64,000 nt of DNA, taken from contig CAXXKJ010000002.1 in the NCBI GenBank assembly GCA_963675295.2, positions 1,088,001 through 1,152,000 of the forward strand, read 5' to 3'. The notes under the pieces are model-generated. The model saw only the letters and a program-made list of their open reading frames with translations. It was not told where the DNA came from and ran no database searches. Source of the stretch: a bacterium. Lineage in GTDB: Bacteria > Electryoneota > Electryoneia > Electryoneales > Electryoneaceae. Below are positions 30,498 through 39,454 of the stretch, piece by piece. The position numbers and the translations under genes were made by a program. Numbering within the stretch: position 1 is the stretch's first letter; every line of letters begins with the position of its first letter.

Positions 30498-31459
30498 GGA
30501 CGGCTCGAGTTGCGTTCAACGGTAAAGCGCCGCACGGTCGTCCCCTGCGCGACGATGAGACGGTCGCCGTCGCACGCGAGGTCGTGAATCGCGCCGTTGC
30601 CGAGATCGGTCGCCGTCCACTTACGGATCGTTTGTCCGCGCGGATCGAGCAGACACAACAGGTCCGGTCCGGCGACGAACAGCGAATCGTTGAGCCAGGT
30701 GACGGTTGTCGGGCCGGGCGTGCCGCCGGTCCACGGCCGTCGTCCGCGTGGCGTGCCGAAACGGTCGAACAGGAAAACGGTCTGTTGCGCGGGGTCCGCG
30801 ACCGCGAGTTTGCCGTCCGGAGCGACAGCTACCCGTCGCGGATCGCCGAAGGACTCGTCCATCTCGCCGAATGAGCCGATCCGTTCGACCAGCCGTCCGG
30901 ACGCATCAATCAGCCACGCTTCCGCGCGATCCTGTTCGATCAGGACGGCGTCCCCGGAAGCAGCGCGTGCGATCGAAACAGGCCGGGAGAAGGGAACGTC
31001 CTGGCCCTGTTCAACGACGCTGTTCCACGGTTCCAGCGGCGCGAGGCGGGTGTCGTACCGGACAATTCGTGCCGCCAATGGATCGCAGGCCCAGATCTCG
31101 AAGCCGGCGCGTGTGATGTCGGTCGCGCCACGGAGGGAGCCATCCCCGAAGCCGAACCCGCCCGCCTCGCCAATGAAGACGCCTCGCCGGTCGAAGCGCA
31201 GCAGCCGCTGGTTGCCGTTTTCGAGCGCGAGGAAACCGGATTCCGGATGAAAGTCGACGGCGATGATCTGCCCGAGTTTCGGTGCCGCGGGTATGCCTGT
31301 CAGATCCGGTAGCAGGGCCAGGTCGATGGATGGGTGCCCCGGGTCATCTTGTGAATCGGGTATCCCGGTTTGCGAGTGCCCGTTTCCCCAAATCAATAGC
31401 AGACCGAAAAATGCCAGCACGGTGAGTGTGCGTAATCGTTGTATGACGTAGGTGCGCAT
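30494..31459 (-). CDS. NHL-repeat (beta-propeller) periplasmic protein
   Basis: IGSFG...F.DP..VAVAPDG.L.VADP....V.LFDRFG; N-terminal signal; start likely ATG 31459. Confidence 0.75.
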   Translation of the reverse strand: MRTYVIQRLRTLTVLAFFGLLLIWGNGHSQTGIPDSQDDPGHPSIDLALLPDLTGIPAAPKLGQIIAVDFHPESGFLALENGNQRLLRFDRRGVFIGEAGGFGFGDGSLRGATDITRAGFEIWACDPLAARIVRYDTRLAPLEPWNSVVEQGQDVPFSRPVSIARAASGDAVLIEQDRAEAWLIDASGRLVERIGSFGEMDESFGDPRRVAVAPDGKLAVADPAQQTVFLFDRFGTPRGRRPWTGGTPGPTTVTWLNDSLFVAGPDLLCLLDPRGQTIRKWTATDLGNGAIHDLACDGDRLIVAQGTTVRRFTVERNSSRP

Positions 31460-31647
31460 GGGCCGATTGGTGTGAGTGGGTTTCTTTAACGTACAGCCGC
31501 AAGCCCAGTGCAGACAACCGGCGTGTAACGTTCGTGCCCGTGCTTCATCCAAACTGTGAAGCAAGAGTGGTCAGCGTGTGAACTTGCCGGTTGCCTCAGC
31601 CGGTTGGATACGAGTATGTTGACCCCGCGAGTTAAACACGGCTAACG

Positions 31648-32007
31648 ATGAACCCGATCCCTACCCTGACGAGCTGGTTACGTATTCCGGCGGTGCTGCT
31701 GCTTGCGGCGTACCTGCTAGTGACCGGTACGCTCGATCTGCATCACAATCACGGCAGTGTCGATTGTGGTGGGATGGGAGTCTGTGAGTCCGGGCAGGTT
31801 CCGGACGACGCCGGGTTGACGTTGACCGAACCGGGCAACACGGCTCCGTGCCCGGTGTTGCAGTTTACCTTATCCCACGCACCCGGTCCGCCTCCAGCTC
31901 AGGATGCGGTGCGGGTTGTGTATTCCCTCTGTTGCCAGATTGATATCGACGAACCGCTCGTTGCGTCAGTCGTTCTTCCCTCTCCTCGCGCTCCGCCGGT
32001 TGCCTGA
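31648..32007 (+). CDS. DUF2946/CruR-like leader protein with a C-terminal RAPP motif
   Basis: N-terminal TM, LDLHHNH, C-x5-C, CPVLQF, ends PSPRAPPVA; first gene before a lipoprotein and a TonB receptor. Confidence 0.7.
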   Translation: MNPIPTLTSWLRIPAVLLLAAYLLVTGTLDLHHNHGSVDCGGMGVCESGQVPDDAGLTLTEPGNTAPCPVLQFTLSHAPGPPPAQDAVRVVYSLCCQIDIDEPLVASVVLPSPRAPPVA

Positions 32008-32139
32008 ACAATCCCCCGATTTGATGTGCAACTGAACCGGCTGTCGGAAACCTCTCTCGTGGAGGATTCCGTACAGCAGGGGACGGGTGTCGCAAGTTGC
32101 GCACACCCCGGCCCCGGACAATCCCACTCTGAGGAGAGT

Positions 32140-32673
32140 ATGAAGACGACTCGCTTTTCGTTGCTGGCGGCGTTGCTGCCGCTGTTTGCCCTGCTGTTGA
32201 TCCTGCCCGCGTGCAGCGATGATGATGACAACCCAGTGGATGCCGGTGAAACCGAACATCTGGAAGCGTTCGGTGTACGGCTGTTGCTCGGTGAAACGGT
32301 GCTCGTAACGGCAGACGGCTCCGATGTGACCGGTACACTGGAGTTGACGGCTGGTGTGACCACTGACCTGATCACGGTCGAATTCCTCGACGAGGACGGT
32401 GACTGGTTTGACCCGGCAGACGAAGATCATGATCACGAGGCCGCTCCTGCTGAGGAAGATCACGATCATGAACATGAACTCGCGCTGGTGATCGCGGACA
32501 ACGGTGTCGCTACGTTCACCCTCGGTGAAGACATTGATGATGCACCTTCGCACTGGTCGTTGACGCTGACCGGGGTGGCTGCGGGCGAGACGACGTTGAC
32601 GGTCAAAATCCTGCACGAAGGACACGACGACTACGTTTCACCCGAATTCACGGTGACCGTGGTTGAGCCGTGA
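32140..32673 (+). CDS. His/acidic-rich lipoprotein, putative metal-binding
   Basis: RBS gaggag, ATG 32140; lipobox LPAC; DEDHDHEAAPAEEDHDHEHE; ILHEGHDDY. Confidence 0.8.
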   Translation: MKTTRFSLLAALLPLFALLLILPACSDDDDNPVDAGETEHLEAFGVRLLLGETVLVTADGSDVTGTLELTAGVTTDLITVEFLDEDGDWFDPADEDHDHEAAPAEEDHDHEHELALVIADNGVATFTLGEDIDDAPSHWSLTLTGVAAGETTLTVKILHEGHDDYVSPEFTVTVVEP

Positions 32674-34943
32674 CCACTCGCTCATTCTCGAACGCTACGT
32701 CGTTCACACGCGCCGCCGGATGGATCCTGATCTGTCTGGTGGCGCTGTGGCCGTCGCTTGATGCAACGGCGCAGGAGTCTGCGCAGGGCGTGCTGTCCGG
32801 GCGGGTGCTGGACGAGCTGTCCGGTGCCCCGATTGACGGCGCGACGGTCCTGTTGGTCAATCACAGCGCGTCCGCCGAGACAGATGCGCTCGGCCGCTTC
32901 CAGCTGCTGGTGCATACCGATCACGCCGACACATTGTTTGTCTCGCATCTGGCGTATCAGCCCCGGCGTGTGGTGTTACTCCCGCCGGTGCCGGTAGCTG
33001 AACCGTGGCTGGTTCGGTTGACGCCGAAGGTGCATGAGCTGCAGGATGTGGAATACGCAGAAACGATCACCTCGCAGGACGCCGCATTCGAGGGCGACCC
33101 GGTGGTCGCGTTGGGCGGATCGAATTTGCAGCAGGAGTTGGGCGCGACGTTGGCGGAAACGTTGACCGAGGAACCGGGTATCAGCCAGCGAACCATGGGC
33201 CCGGCACCGGCGCGGCCGGTGCTGCGTGGGCTCAGCGGCGACCGGTTGACGATCCTCGAGGACGGGCAGCGTACCGGCGACCTCTCCGCCACCAGCAGCG
33301 ACCACGCGGTCGCGATCGATCCGGCGGCGGCGCAGGAGATCACCGTCGCGCGCGGGCCGGAGACGGTGCTGTATGGCCCGGCGGTGCCCGGCGGAGTGGT
33401 GGATGTTGACCGTGGCATGATGAACGGGCAGCGGGTTGAAACCGTCAGCGCACGCTTCACCAGTCAGCTGGAATCGGTCAATCAGGGCGTGCTCGCAGGC
33501 GGCGATGTGACGGTCCCCGTCGGACCTGTCGTGTTTCACTTGGATGGCAGCCTGCGCAGCACCTCCGACATGACCACCCCGGACGGCGAACTGGGCAACA
33601 CGTCGCTGCACACCTCCAACCTCGCCGGCGGAGCGAGCTCGCATCCAGAATGGGGCATGGCTGGCGCTGCGATGACGGTGTACGACACGCAGTATGGCAT
33701 CCCCGGCGGATTTGTCGGTGCGCACCCGAACGGCGTCGACATCGAGATGCACCGGGAGCGATACGATCTGCGACTCGAACATCAGTCCGGCTGGGGTGCG
33801 TTGGAATCCCTCGAGCTGGATTATGCCTACGCGAAGTACGACCACTCGGAATTTGAATCCAGCGGCTCATTGGGGATGAGCTTCGGTGTGCTCAGCGACA
33901 ACGCGCGTCTCGTGGCGAATCTCGGTGAACAGCTCGGGTTCGATGCCGGCGCGATCGGGGTCAGTGTTGGATTGCGCGATTACGCGACCGGCGGGCTGAC
34001 ATTCACACCGAACACCAGCGAACGCGAATACGGCCTGTTCGCCTACGAACGGGTACGTATCAACGGCTGGCGGCTGCGTGCGGGTGTGCGCGGTGACATG
34101 AAGCAGGTACGACCGGACGAACTGCGGGTCAGCCGTGTGATCGGTGAGATCCGTGATCGTGACTTCGCCGGGGCGAGCGGGTCGGTGTACGCCGGCCGTC
34201 AACTGTCACGCGGGGTCGAGGCGCATCTGATGCTGACGCGGACGTTCCGTCCGCCAGGCGTCGAGGAGTTGTTCAGCGAAGGCCCGCACCTGGCGGCGTA
34301 TTCGTATGAAATCGGCAATCCGGACCTGACCGCCGAGACAAGCTGGGGTGCGGAGTTCGGTATCGCGCACGAACGCGGTTGGTTCCGGCAGGATTTCACG
34401 TGGTTCGCGACCCTGTTTGACAGCTACCTCTATCCTCGCAACTCCGGCCACCCGAGCGCCCGCCGCAACGACCTGATCGAATACCAGATGGACGCCGCGA
34501 ACGCCCTGTTCGCCGGGATTGAAACCACGATGGACCTGACCCTCGCGCCGGACTGGTTGCTGCAGGGCGCGGGGAGCTACGTACACGCGGAAAACCTCGA
34601 CGACGACCGTGCGCTGGAACGCATCCCACCGTTCAACGGCCACCTCGCGTTGACCTGGTCGCCGGGACGGTTCGCGTTCACCGCACGAACCGTCGGCGCG
34701 GCGCGGCAGTGGCGCACCGGTGAGTTTGAGGATCCGACCGCGGCGTACATGCGGTATGACCTGCTAGCGAAGCTGGAACTGCCGTGGGGGTTTGGCCTGC
34801 CGGGGAAGAGTTCCTTGCATGCGCTGACCGTTTCCGTGATCAACCTGACCGATGTCGCGTACCGGGATCACCTCTCCCGCGTCAAGTCGATCCTCCCCGA
34901 ACCGGGTCGGAATGTCAGTGTGGTGTACCGGGTGTATTTGTGA
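32670..34943 (+). CDS. TonB-dependent receptor, ZnuD-like (metal uptake), with an N-terminal carboxypeptidase-regulatory-like domain
   Basis: TLAETL...PG...GPAPARPVLRGL.GDR...DHAVAIDP plug; RPPGVEELFSEGPHLA..YEIGNPDL; NLTD..YRDHLSR...PGRN C-terminus. Confidence 0.9.
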   Translation: MTTRSFSNATSFTRAAGWILICLVALWPSLDATAQESAQGVLSGRVLDELSGAPIDGATVLLVNHSASAETDALGRFQLLVHTDHADTLFVSHLAYQPRRVVLLPPVPVAEPWLVRLTPKVHELQDVEYAETITSQDAAFEGDPVVALGGSNLQQELGATLAETLTEEPGISQRTMGPAPARPVLRGLSGDRLTILEDGQRTGDLSATSSDHAVAIDPAAAQEITVARGPETVLYGPAVPGGVVDVDRGMMNGQRVETVSARFTSQLESVNQGVLAGGDVTVPVGPVVFHLDGSLRSTSDMTTPDGELGNTSLHTSNLAGGASSHPEWGMAGAAMTVYDTQYGIPGGFVGAHPNGVDIEMHRERYDLRLEHQSGWGALESLELDYAYAKYDHSEFESSGSLGMSFGVLSDNARLVANLGEQLGFDAGAIGVSVGLRDYATGGLTFTPNTSEREYGLFAYERVRINGWRLRAGVRGDMKQVRPDELRVSRVIGEIRDRDFAGASGSVYAGRQLSRGVEAHLMLTRTFRPPGVEELFSEGPHLAAYSYEIGNPDLTAETSWGAEFGIAHERGWFRQDFTWFATLFDSYLYPRNSGHPSARRNDLIEYQMDAANALFAGIETTMDLTLAPDWLLQGAGSYVHAENLDDDRALERIPPFNGHLALTWSPGRFAFTARTVGAARQWRTGEFEDPTAAYMRYDLLAKLELPWGFGLPGKSSLHALTVSVINLTDVAYRDHLSRVKSILPEPGRNVSVVYRVYL

Positions 34944-35017
34944 GTCCGCTTTTATTAAGCGAGAAAATCCCGGATTCCACAGCAATCCGGGATTGATACT
35001 TCAGGGTGCAATTCAGT

Positions 35018-35377
35018 TTATACTCGGATGATATCACCCTTCAACGAATACAGAATTGCGAGAACATCCTTCTGTTCTTGCTCGCCAATGTTGTTCTTGT
35101 TCATAGCCAGGAACACATCATCAATGGCTGCGATGTACTCTTCCTCTGAGATGTTCATGCCCTTGTGCGTAGTGAGCATATCGCGTCCAGTGTACTCTTG
35201 CGGACCACCAGAACCGGCACAGAAGAATTCGACCAGCATCCGTTTGGCATGATCGACATCCTCAACAACCTCGAAACGCGTGGCAATAGTTTTGTTGGCG
35301 AAATGCGCATCAACAGCATCGTCAACGAGTTTCGTGATAGCTTCTTCTCCCCCGAGACGTTCGTAAAGCGTACTCAT
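35018..35377 (-). CDS. Group I truncated hemoglobin
   Basis: TLYERLGGEEAI...FFCAGSGGPQEYTGRDM..THKGMNISE.E; start ATG 35377. Confidence 0.9.
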   Translation of the reverse strand: MSTLYERLGGEEAITKLVDDAVDAHFANKTIATRFEVVEDVDHAKRMLVEFFCAGSGGPQEYTGRDMLTTHKGMNISEEEYIAAIDDVFLAMNKNNIGEQEQKDVLAILYSLKGDIIRV

Positions 35378-35684
35378 CCCATCCCCTGCCTTCCTTCGGC
35401 TGATCATGAACGTATCGCCATCCCAGCCCCAGATGGCGATCGAGTCAGGTTCACGCATCATGTGGCTAATAAATCCAGGATGCGTGCAGATAACGCAGAA
35501 GGTTAGGAATTCCTAACAATTTGTCAAGTTGAATTCTGTCTTTCTTTGGGCTGAGAGCCTGCGAGGAACCTCACTTACAGCGCGATAGCTTCCTCAAATT
35601 GCCAGCGAGAAGGTTGTCGGATCTGCGGACGTTTGCTTCAGAGGTAGTTCAACATCCGCGTGTCGTAGATCAGCATGGTGTGTA

Positions 35685-35790
35685 TGATCAACCTGACCGA
35701 TGTCGCGTACCGGGATCATCTGTCACGCGTCAAGTCAATCCTTCCCGAACCCGGGCGGAATGGCAGCGTGGTGTGTCGGGTGTCTTTGTG
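35685..35790 (+). pseudogene. Orphan copy of the 3' end of the TonB receptor gene
   Basis: 106 nt with 12 mismatches to 34837-34942; encodes INLTDVAYRDHLSRVKSILPEPGRN. Confidence 0.85.
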
Positions 35791-36004
35791 GGGATGCTTG
35801 CACGCGACGGAATACGGAGACAATCCTTGTGTAGCCGGGAGAGTGACGAACCCTCTAAAGGTGTTGTCGCTACGATTTAAAAAGGTCGCTCTGGTTTTTG
35901 GAATTATTTATTCCCGATTTAGCCTGTTCTGTTTCGATCCTTACAAATGATCATTACCTTCAGAACCAGTTGGTACGAAAAAAGTGATTTTCGCGTAGAG
36001 GGAA

Positions 36005-37579
36005 ATGATGAAGAATCCAGTTGCCGCACTGAGTTTTTTCGCCTGCCTGGTGTTGATGGGAACGATATCCTGGGCACAAGAACCGGAGATCTTGTGGGTG
36101 AAAACGTTCGGAGGTCCCGTATATGATTGTGCCGAGAGCGTGAAACAAACATCGGATGGCGGTTTTATTCTGGCGGGGTCCTCCACTCGACCGACTTCCC
36201 CGCAGAATCGCGATGATGCGCGGTTGATCAAGACGGATGAGAACGGAAATCTGGAATTAGCCCGTAGCTTCGGCGGCGAGGGTTGGGATAGTGCAAACAG
36301 CGTTGTGCAAACCCAGGATGGCGGCTACATCGTCGCTGGATACACCCAATCTTTTGGCGCCGTATTAAGAGACCTGTGGTTGTTCAAATTGGATCCAATG
36401 GGCAACCAAGTCTGGTCTCGATTGTTTGGTGGAGATAGCAGCGAGGAAGCGTATGATGTCATTCAAACGTCAGATGGCGGATACCTCGTAGCTGGTTACA
36501 CAGAGTCCTTTGGCTCAGGTCAACGAGATGGATGGTTGATCAAAACGGATGCGAATGGAATTGAGGAATGGTCGCAAGTTCTGGGTGGAACCGATTATGA
36601 CATTTTTTCACAGGTCAACAGTACGTCGGATGGCGGATATATCGTGACGGGATATACCAAGTCCTATGGCGCTGGGAATTACGACGGTTGGATTGTTAAG
36701 GTGGATGAGAACGGATCTCTTGAGTGGTCTCAGGTATTCGGCGGGACGAACTATGATAGACTTGAAGCTGGTCAACAGACCACAGATGGGGGTTACATTT
36801 TCGCCGGATACAATGGTTCTCTATCGTACTACTATGTTGCCTGGTTGATTAAAACCGACGCGAGCGGAAATGAAGTCTGGTCACAAACCTGGTCGATCTA
36901 TGCTTTTGAATATTTCTTCCGAGATGTTGTTCAAACCCCTGATGGTGGGTACATCATCACCGGAGCTTTCGCCACCATGGACTCACACTACAATCTGGCT
37001 GTCGTAAAAACCGACAGCCAGGGGAATGAAGAATGGAATCAAACCTTTGGTGGGCAGAATGACGAACAAGCCTATGATGTTGAACTCACTGACGACGGGG
37101 GGTATGTTGTTGCGGGAATCACGTATACTGTACTTCCCGCTGGTACGACTGACATGTTGTTTCTCAAAATTGGAACGAGTCCGACTGATCCTGCCATCAC
37201 AATCTCTCCACTGAACCCGCCAATCTATATCCCGGCAGCTGGCGGTTCGTTCAGCTTCAATGCTGTCATCGAAAATCTGGCGGATCAAGCGATCACCGTC
37301 GACGGTTGGACGGAAGTCGACCTGCCGAACGGAACGACCTATGGCCCTGTCCTGGTAAGACAGAACCTGACCATTCCCGCGGGTGGGGTGATAGACGTAA
37401 CGCTTTCGCAGGACGTACCGGGAAATATTCCTACTGGTGAATATGTCTACCGGGCACATGTCGGGCAGTTTCCCAATGGCAGCGTGAATTCCAGCGAGTT
37501 CACGTTTGATAAGGTACCTTTCGCCGGGACAAGCACTGTGAAACAGTGGACTGTAAGGAAGAACAGCGTAAGTGAGTGA
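36005..37579 (+). CDS. Secreted beta-propeller repeat protein ending in the pre-CTD module, with no CTD
   Basis: Signal peptide; repeated QT.DGGYI.AG.T.S.G....D.W..K.D..G...W...FGG; C-terminal IPAAGGSF...WTEV.LPNG..YGP...VP...P.G.Y. Confidence 0.85.
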   Translation: MMKNPVAALSFFACLVLMGTISWAQEPEILWVKTFGGPVYDCAESVKQTSDGGFILAGSSTRPTSPQNRDDARLIKTDENGNLELARSFGGEGWDSANSVVQTQDGGYIVAGYTQSFGAVLRDLWLFKLDPMGNQVWSRLFGGDSSEEAYDVIQTSDGGYLVAGYTESFGSGQRDGWLIKTDANGIEEWSQVLGGTDYDIFSQVNSTSDGGYIVTGYTKSYGAGNYDGWIVKVDENGSLEWSQVFGGTNYDRLEAGQQTTDGGYIFAGYNGSLSYYYVAWLIKTDASGNEVWSQTWSIYAFEYFFRDVVQTPDGGYIITGAFATMDSHYNLAVVKTDSQGNEEWNQTFGGQNDEQAYDVELTDDGGYVVAGITYTVLPAGTTDMLFLKIGTSPTDPAITISPLNPPIYIPAAGGSFSFNAVIENLADQAITVDGWTEVDLPNGTTYGPVLVRQNLTIPAGGVIDVTLSQDVPGNIPTGEYVYRAHVGQFPNGSVNSSEFTFDKVPFAGTSTVKQWTVRKNSVSE

Positions 37580-37642
37580 ACCTGCTGATACCAGTTCAGC
37601 GCGGGAATGTGGACGATAAAAGAGTCGCCGTTCGGATTAAAC

Positions 37643-37677
37643 AAAAAAGCCGCGTCTCTTAACAGACACGGCTTTTA
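37643..37677. terminator. Bidirectional terminator between convergent genes
   Basis: aaaaaagccgcgtct-cttaac-agacacggctttt. Confidence 0.65.
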
Positions 37678-37692
37678 AGTTTTTACAATGGG

Positions 37693-39204
37693 TCACTTCC
37701 GTTTCGCCTGCTTCAACTTATCGGCGAAGAGGTCGCCGAGTGTGCCGGCTTTCGGTGCGGAGGCGGTGCGTTCCTTGTGCAGCTTGCAGTTGAGGAAGCG
37801 CAACGGAAACATGGTGCACTTGTCCTCGAGGCACTTGTCTTCCGGGCAGAACCAGTCGGGCATCTTGTCGTCCGGGCGCAGGTCAGTGCGTACCAGTTCG
37901 ATAATCTCCTGCCATGACAGGGCGCTCGGTTCGACGTCCGGCGCTTTCGCGCTGCCACGGTTGAGCAGCCGCTTCGACGGGTGCAGGAACCAGCCTTGGA
38001 AGATGCCGACCCGTCCCAGATCACGCGGAAGCTTTGCGCCGTTTTCCTTGCGGCGGATGATTTCCGCGCCACGCAGGCGTTTTGCGACACGTTCCAGGTT
38101 CAGCAACGGGCTGCCGTCCTTGCGCATCCCGGCCTGCAGCGTGACGGCGTGCGTTTCCGGATGGTAGTACAGCACCGCCTGCACGCCACGACGGTAGCGC
38201 GCGGCCTTGATCGTGAGGCCGTTCTTGGACGCGATCGATGCCATCGAGACGCCGCGTCCACGGTGCACCTTCGCGCTGCGTTCGATTTCGTCGATGGCGT
38301 TGAACCAGTCGGCTTCGCGTTGAATGATCGCGGTGAACAATTTCAGCGTGACAGACTGGTATGTTTCCGATTCCTCACCGAATTCCTTCGCCAAACCATC
38401 CAGCGCGGCGGTGAGCAGGATACGCCGTTCGACTTCCGCTTCCGGCAATGCCTGGTCGCCGCTGGCGATCAGTTGTGACGCGAACGAGAGCAATTTTTCC
38501 ATGTCCCGCCGGGCTGTCCAGCCCATCTGCGACGCGATCTCGTGCGACGTGCCCCGTTCCGGCCACTCGTTCGGGGATTTGCGCTCGATGAAGTTGCTCT
38601 CGAACGTCCCTGTCTGCAGCACGTAGCTCAGTGTGCGGTCGAACCGTTCGGCGGTTTCGTTCGGCGGATCGGGTTCGTTCTCGCCGGCGACCGCGAGGCC
38701 GTGCAGCATCATGCTGATCAGCTCGACAACGTCCTCGTCTGATTCGGCCAGCTGGTGCACGCCTTCGATCAGGCCGTGCGGGGCGAGCAGGTGATGCACC
38801 GCCTGGCGGCTGGTCATCGCCTGGCCGCGGGCGTCATGCGCGTTGGTGTAGGGCAGCAGGTAGCGGTAGCGTGGGTTGTCGTCCACGCCGACAGCCTGTG
38901 CGACGAGTTCGGACGCGCAGACGTCCCACTTGTCCACGTTCTTCTGCCCTTCAACGGGATGCGTGTCGAGGCGTCCCCCGCCGGTGTCAACGGCGAGCGT
39001 GCCTTCCTTTTCGAGCTGGTCGGCGGTTTTGCCGTCGGGGAGCTCGTTGGCGGAAACAAACTGCAGCTGGGCGTCCTTCACACCGGGGAAATGCTTCTCT
39101 CCGTGTTGCCGCAGCAGGTAGACGGAAAAGACAGCGTCAAGGTCGGGGTGGACGTGCGTCAGCAGAGTTGTAACGGTGATCGGTACGTCTGGTGTCGGAT
39201 TCAT
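37693..39204 (-). CDS. DHH/MYG1-like phosphoesterase-related hypothetical protein with a C-terminal Cys cluster
   Basis: LLTHVHPDLDA...LAVDTGGGRLDTH...CASELVA; C-x4-C-x4-C-x9-C near the C-terminus; start likely ATG 39204. Confidence 0.6.
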   Translation of the reverse strand: MNPTPDVPITVTTLLTHVHPDLDAVFSVYLLRQHGEKHFPGVKDAQLQFVSANELPDGKTADQLEKEGTLAVDTGGGRLDTHPVEGQKNVDKWDVCASELVAQAVGVDDNPRYRYLLPYTNAHDARGQAMTSRQAVHHLLAPHGLIEGVHQLAESDEDVVELISMMLHGLAVAGENEPDPPNETAERFDRTLSYVLQTGTFESNFIERKSPNEWPERGTSHEIASQMGWTARRDMEKLLSFASQLIASGDQALPEAEVERRILLTAALDGLAKEFGEESETYQSVTLKLFTAIIQREADWFNAIDEIERSAKVHRGRGVSMASIASKNGLTIKAARYRRGVQAVLYYHPETHAVTLQAGMRKDGSPLLNLERVAKRLRGAEIIRRKENGAKLPRDLGRVGIFQGWFLHPSKRLLNRGSAKAPDVEPSALSWQEIIELVRTDLRPDDKMPDWFCPEDKCLEDKCTMFPLRFLNCKLHKERTASAPKAGTLGDLFADKLKQAKRK

Positions 39205-39454
39205 GGGGGGCAAGCTACGGAGGCGGCTCAGGGTACGCAACAGAGATGGCGGCTCCCCGCGCTGTCCCTCCAGGAACCGCAGAACACGAAAAGTTATTGC
39301 AGGGTTACTAGTTGTGAGAGCAGCTTTTCGTATTGTGATTGACGGCACAGTCTTTGGTTTTCCAAACACTTTCCTTTATCGTGACTACGATACGGGTTGC
39401 GCGGTGCGTAGTTTTCGTCTCACCTTAGGACTCCGGGAGAAGCTGGGTAGGGGT

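Noticed and set aside
22070-35790. Duplicated gene 3' ends as DGR template/variable repeats
   Set aside because: Mismatches are not adenine-specific (4 of 7 and 2 of 12 at A in the orphan copy) and are mostly synonymous. No reverse transcriptase is present in the window.
35675-35950. 91-aa ORF as a functional gene
   Set aside because: Its only recognisable part is the duplicated receptor tail, which reads through a lost stop codon.
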